Positions 51,188 through 63,420 are shown, numbered from the stretch's first letter. The stretch: 64,000 nucleotides of DNA from Octopus sinensis (GCF_006345805.1 NC_042997.1:162502001-162566000); one strand, 5' to 3'. The notes: a model not told the origin generated them from the sequence alone. Program-made: numbers and translations.

Positions 51188-54100
51188 AGGAGATAAATAA
51201 AAATATATGCATACATACAAACATATATGTACGTACCTACATCTACATGTATATATACATGCATATAAAATAATTATACGGAAGTACAGGACATCACAAT
51301 AAGACGTAGAAACAGAAAAAGCCAAAAAACAAAAAACAAAGAAAACGGAAAACGAAAAACAAATACAGGACAGGTTACACAAGGACAAAACCCCCGTCAT
51401 CAGCTGTCGCTAGAGGAGTCAGGCATGTTTCGAAGGCATAACAGAACACCAATCCAATAGGCCTTCCTGCGAGAGAATTAAAATAAAATTTCAAGCAGCG
51501 GGGCACAATGAGTACGAACACAAACAAGACGTGACAATAAGACTGCAAAATTAAAATACATGTACAAAAACAAACACAAGAGGACGAACGAAAAAGCCTT
51601 TTTTCTGGCATAGACAAACAATAAAACTGCAAAAATAAAAATACATGTACAACAAGTACAATTAGTTACAAAACGAGAAAATAACAAGAATACTATACAG
51701 GAAATTAACCACACAAGGGGACGAACGAAGAAGCCTTTTGCTGGCAAGGACGAAAGTGTAGTAGCAGCGCGTGGAGGCAGTTTTTCAATAGTGGTAACCA
51801 CGTGTAAAGGAATTTTGTTTTATAGGCAAGGAAGAGGGAAGGAGGAGGGGGACACGCGGCGAAGAGAGAGGAGGAGGGGGAGGGAGAAAGATTGAAGAGG
51901 TTAAAGCAAAGGGAGAGAGTACCGCATCTTTAATATAATAATATAATATAAAAAAAGGGGGACCAAGAAGTGGATCGAAACGACGAATCGGAACGAACCT
52001 GATGCGGGGCGCTGTCAGACAATAAGGAGATAAATAAAAATATATGCATACATACAAACATATATGTACGTACCTACATCTACATGTATATATACATGCA
52101 TATATAAATAATTATACGGAAGTACAGGACATCACAATAAGACGTAGAAACAGAAAAAGCCAAAAAACAAAAAACAAAGAAAACGGAAAACGAAAAACAA
52201 ATACAGGACAGGTTACACAAGGACAAAACCCCCGTCATCAGCTGTCGCTAGAGGAGTCAGGCATGTTTCGAAGGCATAACAGAACACCAATCCAATAGGC
52301 CTTCCTGCGAGAGAATTAAAATAAAATTTCAAGCAGCGGGGCACAATGAGTACGAACACAAACAAGACGTGACAATAAGACTGCAAAATTAAAATACATG
52401 TACAAAAACAAACACAAGAGGACGAACGAAAAAGCCTTTTTTCTGGCATAGACAAACAATAAAACTGCAAAAATAAAAATACATGTACAAAAAGTACAAT
52501 TAGTTACAAAACGAGAAAATAACAAGAATACTATACAGGAAATTAACCACACAAGGGGACGAACGAAGAAGCCTTTTGCTGGCAAGGACGAAAGTGTAGT
52601 AGCAGCGCGTGGAGGCAGTCTTTTCAATAGTGGTAACCACGTGTAAAGGAATTTTGTTTTATAGGCAAGGAAGAGGGAAGGAGGAGGGGGACACGCGGCG
52701 AAGAGAGAGGAGGAGGGGGAGGGAGAAAGATTGAAGAGTTAAAGCAAAGGGAGAGAGTACCGCATCTTAATATAATAATATTATATAAAAAAAGGGGGAC
52801 CAAGAAGTGGATCGAAACGACGAATCGGAACGAACCTGATGCGGGGCGCTGTCAGACAATAAGGAGATAAATAAAAATATATGCATACATACAAACATAT
52901 ATGTACGTACCTACATCTACATGTATATATACATGCATATATAATAATTATACGGAAGTACAGGACATCACAATAGACGTAGAAACAGAAAAAGCCAAAA
53001 AACAAAAAACAAAGAAAACGGAAAACGAAAAACAAATACAGGACAGGTTACACAAGGACAAAACCCCCGTCATCAGCTGTCGCTAGAGGAGTCAGGCATG
53101 TTTCGAAGGCATAACAGAACACCAATCCAATAGGCCTTCCTGCGAGAGAATTAAAATAAAATTTCAAGCAGCGGGGCACAATGAGTACGAACACAAACAA
53201 GACGTGACAATAAGACTGCAAAATTAAAATACATGTACAAAAACAAACACAAGAGGACGAACGAAAAAGCCTTTTTTCTGGCATAGACAAACAATAAAAC
53301 TGCAAAAATAAAAATACATGTACAAAAAGTACAATTAGTTACAAAACGAGAAAATAACAAGAATACTATACAGGAAATTAACCACACAAGGGGACGAACG
53401 AAGAAGCCTTTTGCTGGCAAGGACGAAAGTGTAGTAGCAGCGCGTGGAGGCAGTCTTTTCAATAGTGGTAACCACGTGTAAAGGAATTTTGTTTTATAGG
53501 CAAGGAAGAGGGAAGGAGGAGGGGGACACGCGGCGAAGAGAGAGGAGGAGGGGGAGGGAGAAGATTGAAGAGGTTAAAGCAAAGGGAGAGAGTACCGCAT
53601 CTTTAATATAATAATATTAATATAAAAAAAGGGGGACCAAGAAGTGGATCGAAACGACGAATCGGAACGAACCTGATGCGGGGCGCTGTCAGACAATAAG
53701 GAGATAAATAAAAATATATGCATACATACAAACATATATGTACGTACCTACATCTACATGTATATATACATGCATATATAAATAATTATACGGAAGTACA
53801 GGACATCACAATAAGACGTAGAAACAGAAAAAGCCAAAAAACAAAAAACAAAGAAAACGGAAAACGAAAAGCAAATACAGGACAGGTTACACAAGGACAA
53901 AACCCCCGTCATCAGCTGTCGCTAGAGGAGTCAGGCATGTTTCGAAGGCATAACAGAACACCAATCCAATAGGCCTTCCTGCGAGAGAATTAAAATAAAA
54001 TTTCAAGCAGCGGGGCACAATGAGTACGAACACAAACAAGACGTGACAATAAGACTGCAAAATTAAAATACATGTACAAAAACAAACACAAGAGGACGAA

Positions 54101-54360
54101 CGAAAAAGCCTTTTTTCTGGCATAGACAAACAATAAAACTGCAAAAATAAAAATACATGTACAAAAAGTACAATTAGTTACAAAACGAGAAAATAACAAG
54201 AATACTATACAGGAAATTAACCACACAAGGGGACGAACGAAGAAGCCTTTTGCTGGCAAGGACGAAAGTGTAGTAGCAGCGCGTGGAGGCAGTCTTTTCA
54301 ATAGTGGTAACCACGTGTAAAGGAATTTTGTTTTATAGGCAAGGAAGAGGGAAGGAGGAG
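51188..54360. repeat. Tandem array, 837-bp unit, about 3.8 nearly identical copies
   Basis: Unit starts aggagataaat at 51188, 52025, 52862 and 53699; (TA)n on both sides. Confidence 0.95.
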
Positions 54361-54386
54361 GATATATATATATGTATATATATATG

Positions 54387-54417
<31 letters not shown>

Positions 54418-54458
54418 GTATATATATATGTATATATATATATATGTATATATATATG

Positions 54459-54491
<33 letters not shown>

Positions 54492-54573
54492 GTATATATA
54501 TATGTATATATATAATATATATATGTATATATGTATATATATATATGTATATATATATATATGTATATATATA

Positions 54574-54606
<33 letters not shown>

Positions 54607-54747
54607 ATATATATATGTATATATATGTATTATATATATGTATATATATGTATATATATGTATATATATCTATGCATATATATCTATGTATGCATATATA
54701 TATATATATTTGGTGGAATTAATATAGTTGATGTTTAACTTAAACAG

Positions 54748-54796
54748 CTGCTACCCAAGCTTTGAAGGAAAAATATGCAGGATGGTGTACATACAG
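54748..54796 (+). CDS. TBC1D31: TBC1D31 short upstream coding exon
   Basis: taaacag|CT GCT ACC...TAC AG|gtagtt encodes ATQALKEKYAGWCTY. Its phase-2 end joins 55984 in frame, and its L-x-x-K-x-x-G pattern resembles human DLGNKESG. Confidence 0.65.
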
Positions 54797-55253
54797 GTAG
54801 TTCTATATAGATATAGAACTATTGTCATCACCATCGTTTTTAGTTTGTTTTCCCATGTTATCATAAATTGGAGGAGTTTTCAGAAGCAGTACCCCCCCTC
54901 TCTCTCTCCCCACCTAAGTACTCTTTTAGATGCCTCTTACTATATGCAAGGACACAATGTACCTATTCTAAAATAGCTACATGCACAGTAAGATTTAAAT
55001 AGAGAGAGATTTTGAATATGGTGTTATTGAAAAGAGATTGCAAAGAAGTAGTTACATGCCTGCTTTTTATTAACTCTTTTACAGCCAGATTTCTACCTAT
55101 TTGTTTCATTTAGTATTGAAAACTATCAGGAATTTAGAGAGATGTACTAAAATATCTAACTTTTTCTTTGTTAAACTAATGTTTAACTCCTTATTGTTCC
55201 TGTTACTCTGTCAACTATATTGCTTATTTATTCATATTGTTTTGAATCATTCA

Positions 55254-55625
55254 GGCGTAGGAGTGGCTGTGTGATAAGTAGCTTGCTTACCAACCACATG
55301 GTTCCGGGTTCAGTCCCACTGCATGGTACCTTGGACAAGTGTCTTCTGCTATAGCCTCGGGCTGACCAAAGCCTTGTGAGTGGATTTGGTAGATGGAAAC
55401 TGAAAGAAGCCCATCGTACATATGTGTGTCTGTGTTTGTCCCCCCAACGTCGCTTGACAACCGATGCTGGTGTGTTTACATCCCTGTAACTTAGCGGTTC
55501 GGCAAAAGAGACCGGTAGAATAAATAGTAGGCTTACAAAGAATAAGTCCTCAGGTCGATTTACTCGACTCAAGGCAGTGCTCCAGCATGGTCACAGTCAA
55601 ATAACTGAAACAAGTAAAAGAGTAA
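55254..55625 (+). mobile_element. tRNA-derived SINE family D (partial copies at about 27220-27415 +, 29360-29720 -, 32670-32830 +, 42440-42575 -)
   Basis: ggcgtaggagtggctgtg...gttcagtccc head; tail gactgaaacaagtaaaagag. Confidence 0.82.
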
Positions 55626-55983
55626 ACGTTTGTTGCTCTGAGAGTTTGATGATGTGATTGCTTATTCTTAGAATAACATTGTAGTGTAGGCGTGAGAAGC
55701 CAGATCTGATCAGTTTGAACATAAAACAGGTAGAATATTTGGGCTGGATATGGCCAGTTTAAATGCTAAAGGGTTAAAACATATCTTAACAAAATTCTTA
55801 TATAAAACTTTAATAGAAAGTTTTAAATTAAATATGATCAAGAATTTATGTATCTTAGTAATGAACAGCCACAGTGGGGTGATATCAGAACGATTAAACT
55901 TTTTAATATTTCGTTATTATAAACTGAAGTCACTCATTTTTGCACTTCATGTCTTTATGTTTCTCTCATTTCTGATATTGCAG

Positions 55984-56142
55984 AATAATTGTTCAAGTAT
56001 GTCACAGTGTTTTAGATTGCTCAGTCACTTATCCTTCTCGGACAATCCGCTTCCTCTATGCATCCTTTGATCGTACTGGAGAACAATTTATTGCTGCTGA
56101 CCATCATGGAAATATTTTTGCTTTCAACTTAAATACAAACTG
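55984..56142 (+). CDS. TBC1D31: TBC1 domain family member 31 (WDR67), WD40-region exon
   Basis: Strong acceptor (ttctgatattgcag) and donor (TG|gtgaga). Translation IIVQVCHS...TIRFLYASFDRTGEQFIAADHHGNIFAFNLNTN matches the recalled human TBC1D31 N-terminus IIVNIIHN...LRFLNVAFDGTGDCLIAGDHQGNIYVFDLHGN. Confidence 0.88.
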
Positions 56143-56399
56143 GTGAGATATTTTTCTTTTTTCTTTTTCTCATCGTTGTCCTTCGTCTCAAATGCTAGCT
56201 GAAGCATATAAACTTTCACTCACAAAAACTTATTCACACGACCGCAAAAAAAACATCTTGTCTCAAATCTGGTCTTTCTGTCGCTTAATTCTCTAACCCA
56301 TCTTTTCCCAACTTCCACTCATAGAAACTTATGCACACAACCGCAAACCTTTTAAATCTCAAATCTTGCCTTTCTTACTGCCGCCTAAATATCGTCTTC

Positions 56400-59300
56400 T
56401 CCCAGTGCGCAGTGCGCCCGCCCTCCCGCCCCCACCACCAGTACCGGAAGTCCTTATCTCACCTTGCCCTCCTTTGCTTTTCTTCCATGAACACCTAAAG
56501 GCCTTAAACCAATACCACCCCTTCTATATATGGTGGTGACCATACGGCGCAAAAACATGTTAGTGCAGTGTAACAGGTTGAACTTAAGTTCATTGCTTTG
56601 CTTATGAATTCTGCCAAATGCGAGTTTTCTTCTTCTTTTCAGGTACATGACGGCACTGCTCCCCATCCCTGGGCCTCTCGGGTCAATACCTTCCACCCCC
56701 TCAGGGTGGGCACCCTCAACGCTGGCACACTGAAAGGTAGGTCTGGCGAGATAGTCGAGATGCTTGAACGGAGACGTGTTGATGTATGTTGTATGCAAGA
56801 AATAAGGTGGAGAGGAGGATCTGCTAGGTTCCTCACAGGCAAGGAACACAGGTACAAGATTTTCTGGGCAGGGAACACTGACGGGGTTGGTGGCGTGGGT
56901 ATACTTATCGCTGAGAAATGGATAGATAGAGTAATTGAGGTAATCAGAGTAAGTGACAGAATACTTAAGATTAGAATAGTGCTTCATAATAGATTAGCAA
57001 CCATTATATCGGCCTATGCCCCTCAGCCAGGGCTACCCGATGGACAGAAAGACAGTTTCTATGACACCCTACTGCAGACCACCTCATTGACGAACGACAG
57101 GGACCTTCTCTTTGTGGCTGGTGATTTCAATGGGCATGTTGGACGACATGCTGGGGGCTTCCATGGTGTGCATGGAGGCTACGGTTATGGTTCCCGCAAC
57201 GAGGAGGGAACCAGGCTGCTGGAGTTCTGCGATGCGAATAGTCTTATGATCTGCAACACTAACTTCAGGAAACCAACAAGCCACCTGGTCACCTACCGAT
57301 CGGGCCGGCATACTAGCCAAATCGACTACATCCTTGCCAGAAAAAGGGAAAGATGGCTGCTTATAAATGCCAAAACCTTCCCAGGCGAAGAATGCACCCC
57401 ACAACATAGACTGGTAGTTAGTGACTTTAGGATCAGGACTAAGAGGGCGACTAGAAGACGACCAACATGGAGAAGAAGGGTCTGGAAGCTTAAAGACCCT
57501 GCGAATGGACAGAGATTTAGAGATATGTTACTTGAAGCCTTTGACGAAGTGGAAGGGGGTATAGCTACACATGGGGTAGAAGACAACTGGACGTTTCTGA
57601 GGGACAACCTGCTGAAAGCCGCTGACCAGATCTGTGGCTGGTGCAAAGTCCCCTTAAGACCCAAAATAACGTGGTGGTGGAACAATATTGTTGACAGGGC
57701 TATTAGACAAAAGAAACAGGCTTGGAAGGCCTGGAAGAACGGTGGTAGCAGGGAAGTGTATCAGACTGCCAGAAGGGAAGCTAGGAGACAGGTCTATCTA
57801 GCCAGAGGGGAAGCAGATAAAAGAAAGTTTGCCAATGTCCTGCGCCGTGAGGATGAAAGACTTGAGGTATTTCGTGTTGCAAGACAGTGTGTGAGAGAGA
57901 ATCGTGATGTGGTAGGAGAGAAATGTGTTCGCATGGAGGATGGTTCACTTGCGCTAAATGAGGATGCAAAGAGAGAAGCTTGGAGACGCCACTATGAAAG
58001 GTTGCTGAATGAGGAAAATGAATGGGATAAAGAGAGTCTGCCGAATGTTGACCCAACAGAGGGACCAGCTATCCGAGTTGATAGTTCCGTGGTAGCTAAG
58101 GCAATTAGAAGCATGAAGACAGGGAAAGCCCCAGGCCCATCAGGAATTACTGCAGAGATGCTCAAAATATCTGGTAGTGTCGGCTATAGCATAGTCACCC
58201 GTATAGTTAACCAGGTGATACACGAAGGAGTCATACCCAATGACTGGTGTAGCAGCATAATAGTCAACTGCTACAAAGGTAAAGGAGATGCCCTAGATAC
58301 AAATAACTACAGGGGCATCAAGCTGTTGGATCAGGTAATGAAGGTTACGGAGAGGTTATAGCCCAGTTAATTAGAGAGAGAGTTAGCTTAGATGATATGC
58401 AGTTTGGGTTCGTGCCAGGGAAAAGTACTACTGATGCTATATTCCTGGTAAGACAGCTGCAGGAGAAATACCTAGCCAAAGGTAAGCCCTTGTACCTGGC
58501 TTTTGTTGACTTAGAGAAAGCCTTTGACAGGGTCCCCCGATCCCTTATCTGGTGGTCAATGAGGAAACTAGGGATAGATGAATGGTTAGTGAGAGCTGTG
58601 CGAGCCATGTACAGAGACGCAGCTAGTAAGGTGAGGGTTGGCAACGAGTACAGTGAAGAATTCCGGGTAGAGGTTGGGGTCCACCAAGGTTCAGTCCTCA
58701 GCCCCCTCCTATTTATCATAGTCCTCCAGGCAATAACGGAAGAATTTAAGACAGGATGCCCCTGGGAACTCCTATATGCTGATGACCTTGCTCTAATTGC
58801 TGAGTCACTATCAGAACTGGAGGAGAAGTTTCAGGTGTGGAAACAAGGATTAGAGTCGAAGGGCCTTAGAATCAACCTAGCCAAAACCAAAGTCCTAATA
58901 AGTAGGAAGGTGGACCAACCACAAACGACTTCAGGTAGATGGCCCTGCTCGATCTGTAGAAAAGGTGTAGGTAGAAACTCTATAAGGTGCACCAAGTGTA
59001 AGCTATGGACACATAAGAGGTGCAGCAATGTCAAAGGTAGGCTAACTGGGAAGATAGTTTTCGTATGTGGCAGATGCTCAGGAGAAATAAACACTGGAAA
59101 TGTGCAGAGACCAACTTCTACCACGTTCCAGGGAGACAAACTAGAAGTAGTTGATAGCTTCCGCTACCTTGGAGACCAAGTTAGTAGCGGGGGTGGGTGT
59201 GCTGAAAGTGTAACTGCTAGAGTAAGAATAGCCTGGGCAAAGTTTAGGGAGCTCTTACCCCTGCTGGTGACAAAAGGCCTCTCGCTCAGAGTAAAAGGCA

Positions 59301-60833
59301 GACTTTATGATGCATGTGTACGTACAGCCATGCTACATGGTAGTGAAACATGGGCCGTGACTGCTGAGGATATGCGTAAGCTCGCAAGAAATGAAGCCAG
59401 TATGCTCCGATGGATGTGTAATGTCAGTGTTCATAATCGTCAGAGTGTAAGTACCTTGAGAGAAAAGTTGAACCTAAGAAGCGTCAGTTGTGGTGTGCAA
59501 GAGAGATGGCTGCGCTGGTATGGTCATATGACGAGAATGGCTGAAGATAGTTGTGTGCAAAAGTGCTACACCCTAGCAGTTGAGGGAACCTGTGGAAGAG
59601 GTAGACCCAGGAAAACCTGGGACGAAGTGGTGAAGCACGACCTACGAACTTTAGGTCTCACCAAGGAAATGACTAGAGACCGAGACCTATGGAAGTATGC
59701 TGTGCGTGAGAAGACCCGGCAAGACTAGTCAGGCCATAACCCGTGGCCCCTACCTAGGACGTAGTCAGTCCACCTGTGCATACCTTCCTTCTTGTGACAC
59801 TTGTGAAGACCTGTTGAGGCAAGTGAAAATCAAACAAAATCAAAATAGATGAACATCAATGGAATTTGTATCTTTGTGGTACCAGTGCCGGTGGCACACA
59901 AGAATACCATCCGAACGTGGGCGTAGCCAGTGCCGCACCGACTGGCCTCCATGCTGTGGGCATGTAACAATCATCATCCAATCGTGGCCGATCGCCAGCC
60001 TAATATGGCTCCTGTGTCGGTGGCACATAAAAAAACACCATCCGAGCGTGGTCGTCTGCTAGCCTTGTCTGGCACCTGTGTCGGTGGCACATAAAAACAC
60101 CATCCGAGCGTGGCCGTTCGCCAGCCTCGTCTGGCACCTGTGTCGGTGGCACATAAAAACACCATCCGAGCGTGGTCGTCTGCTAGCCTTGTCTGGCACC
60201 TGTGTCGGTGGCACATAAAAACACCATCCGAGCGTGGCCGTTCGCCAGCCTCGTCTGGCACCTGTGTCGGTGGCACATAAAAAACACCATCCGAGCGTGG
60301 TCGTATGCTAGCCTTGTCTGGCACTTGTGTCGGTGGCACATAAAAACACCATCCGAGCGTGGCCGTTCGCCAGCCTCGTCTGGCACCTGTGTCGGTGGCA
60401 CATAAAAACACCATCTGAGCGTGGTCGTCTGCCAGCCTTGTCTGGCACCTGTGTCGGTGGCACATAAAAACACCATCCGAGCGTGGCCGTTCGCCAGCCT
60501 CGTCTGGCACCTGTGTCGGTGGCACATAAAAAACACCATCCGAGCGTGGTCGTCTGCCAGCCTTGTCTGGCACCTGTGTCGGTGGCACATAAAAACACCA
60601 TCCGAGAGTGGCCGTTCGCCAGCCTCGTCTGGCACCTGTGTCGGTGGCACATAAAATCACCCACTACACTCTCGGAGTGGTTGGCGTTAGGAAGGGCATC
60701 CAGCTGTAGAAACACTGCCAGATCTGACTGGCCTGGTGCAGCCTTCGGGCTCCCCAGACACCAGTTGAACCGTCCAACCCATGCTAGCATGGAGAGCGGA
60801 CGTTAAATGATGATGATGATGATGATGATGATA
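56400..60833 (+). mobile_element. Near full-length RTE-clade LINE (APE endonuclease + RT) in a TBC1D31 intron, sense orientation
   Basis: ORFs 56598-58361 (GTLNAGTL, QEIRW, GDFNGH, SQIDYIL, NYRGIKL) and 58397-59728 (QFGF, DLEKAFD, GVHQGSVLSP, YADD) are split by one 1-nt frameshift; 3' UTR tandem array; (ATG)n tail at 60806-60833. The 5' boundary is approximate. Confidence 0.95.
60013..60656 (+). repeat. 62-63 bp tandem repeat in the RTE 3' UTR, 10 full units alternating A/B
   Basis: Units start at 60013, 60077, 60139, 60201, 60263, 60326, 60388, 60450, 60512 and 60575, with a partial unit at 60637. Confidence 0.95.
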
Positions 60834-61699
60834 TGTATGTGTGTGTGTGTGCCCATCCAACCCATGCCAGCATGGAGAACAGATGTTAAAAAAATGGTGA
60901 TGGTATATATTAATGTTTTTTCATGTCAAGTTACATATAAAAACTATTAACATTAAACTAAAGAATTACACAATACTTTTGTGTAGAGTACATGTTTATT
61001 AAACTTTTGCTAAAAGAGGAGTGACATTAACTTGAGTGTCAGTCTGCTGGCCTTCATTTCATTGGTGTGTGTGTGTGTTTATAATTTATTCATTTTATGA
61101 ATTGTGACTAATTAATTTTGAAAGGGTTTTCTGTAATTGACAATTTTCCTTTTTACTATATGAATAGTAAAATTTATTCAAAACATGCACACTGTAAAAA
61201 CAGCAATATCAAAATAAAACAAAGACACTCCCTACTCTCTGTTAAATAATTTGTCAACATCCTACAGATAAGATGACAAACCACTTCATCAGTCACTTTA
61301 TCTCATGGGGTTCTTTTCTAAGCCATAATGTTTTCATCCCAATTTAATGGAATAAAATGTCAGTTGAAGGATTGAGGACTGTCAAAGTCTTTCCATCTAT
61401 TGGTGCCAAAAAAGATTCTGTCCAGTTATCTGAACAGATTCTTAACTGAACAGATTCTGATGTTCAGTTATCTTCTGCTCCTCTGCTTTGTTTAGTGCTG
61501 CTCCTGGATTTTACAGCTGGTGTGACAAGGTTAGCACTGGAGAATATATCATAACCCATGGTATCCCAGAGAATAAATACCCCTCTTCCCTTTAAAAGGA
61601 AAGTGTATCCTGTTTAGATGCCTACCATTCAAGTGTTTGAGGTGAACAGGCTCCTGTTATGATGGGAAACTGACAGCATTGCAGCACCTTTTAATATCA

Positions 61700-61922
61700 A
61701 TTTCAAATTTTGGCACAAGGTCAGTAAGTTTGTGGGTGGGGGCAAGTCAATTACATTGACTCCAGTGCTCAACTGGTACTTATTTTATCAATGCTGAAAT
61801 GATGAAAGGTAAATTTGACCTTGGCAGAATTTGAACTCAGAATGTAAGGGCAGACAAAATGCTGAAAATACGGCTAAGCATTTTACCAGGCATGCTAATG
61901 ACTCTGCCAGCTCACCACCTTA
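61700..61922 (-). mobile_element. SINE family A copy, CpG-depleted
   Basis: Family match with most CG changed to TG/CA. Confidence 0.8.
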
Positions 61923-63213
61923 AGGTACCTTTTAATATCATTCAGTGCAGTACGGTGGAATAAAGACAGCAGACACAGTCCAAACTTGTTGACAGTCTCC
62001 ACATCATCATTTATATGGCTTACCATGCATAGTCTGCAGTACAGGCCAACTTTGATACGCATAAACTCATTACCATAAAGGAAGTTGGTTAATGAAAGGT
62101 ATATTACATTGAGCTACACACCACTTCTTGGTTGCAAAACTGTTCTGAGGCAAGTGAAGCTGTGTTGGTCAAAGGATGAGTGGATTTTCATGCAAGTGGA
62201 ATTATATTTAATATTGCATTGTTTGGCTGTACCCTAGGGTATGTTGACCTCACCAAGAATCAGATAGATTGCACTGTCTCATACTCAAAGTCTTACATAA
62301 GGCTACAAAAGTCTCATGGATAAGTGCACAGCTGGAGGTGACAGAGGGAAAACGGATCAGCAATATGCAGTGGGTTGTTGAGCTAAAGTAGCTGAACTTC
62401 ACAGGAAATTTCTCTTGCTGTCTCCGGTGTTATCAAATGTAATATTGCACGAAAATTCTGCACATAAACAAATAATAGCATTGAGTTTCTTGAGATATTT
62501 TAAATGGAGATAGCACAGTATGCTGCACAGTTAAAAGTTGAATTTAGGAAGGTAGTGTTTCTACAGCTGGATGCCCTTCCTAATGCTAACCACTCCGTGA
62601 GTGTAGTGGGTGCTTTTTACATGCCACCAGCACAGGGGCCAGAGGAGGCTGGCAACGGCCACGATCGGTTGGTGCTTTTTATGTGCCACCGGCATAGAAG
62701 CCAGTCAAGGCGGTGCTGACATCGGCCATGTTCAGATGGTGCTTTTTACGTGCCACTGGCACAGGTATCACAACTACAATTTCCATTTGATTTTTATTTT
62801 GATGTTGATGTACTTGACTCAATAAGTTTCCTCAAGCACAGCAGGTCGCCCTATGATCCAAGGTAAGCACAGCAGGTCATCCTACAATCCAAGGTACTTT
62901 GAATGGGCTGGGGCTGGTGTAGGATACGCTGTGGACTCACTTTATTTGTCAGGTCTTCGCAGTCACAGCATATCTCTAGAGGTCTAGGTCTTTAGTTATT
63001 GCCTCTGTAAGGCCCAACGTTTGAAGGTCATGCTTGACCACCTCATTCCATGTCTTCCTGGGTCTACTCACTTGTCTTTCACTATTCATGCCCGCATTAT
63101 ATATCCAGTGGGGCATGCTCTTTCTAGCTATTTTTGATCAATTAACATAAGAATAAGCAAATTAGCTAGTTAGCAAATCTCTGTAAGAGATGAAAGAAGA
63201 CTATACTGAAAAG

Positions 63214-63420
63214 TAATGCTTATTGCCACTTCAACATGGCTGTCCCTCAGGAACCGATGTTACTACTGTTTTTAACCCCAGGGGAATGCCTCCTCCAGCT
63301 GGTTATTGACGCAATCAGATTGCAACGGTAACAAGCTGGAGGAAGCATTCTCCTGGGGTTAAAAACAGTAGTAACATCAGTTCCAATGGAACAAGCATGT
63401 TGAAGTAACAATAAACATTA
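63214..63420. repeat. Imperfect palindrome of about 207 bp (MITE-like)
   Basis: gatgttactactgtttttaaccccagg / cctggggttaaaaacagtagtaacatc; taatg...catta ends. Confidence 0.8.

Noticed and set aside
51380-51440. CUGAUGA and CGAAAC on the minus strand of each 837-bp unit (possible type II hammerhead)
   Set aside because: Permuted order with a weak stem II, no valid A15.1-U16.1/NUH site and no clean stem I
58340-58400. Programmed ribosomal frameshift between the two RTE ORFs
   Set aside because: No slippery heptamer; a single-G deletion in a conserved region explains it more simply
60013-60656. CRISPR-like repeat array
   Set aside because: Contiguous tandem units without unique spacers, inside a eukaryotic LINE; no cas genes
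62180-62330. FHASG motif resembling TBC1D31 VHASG
   Set aside because: The surrounding frame does not match, there is no suitable acceptor, and the intervening exons would be missing
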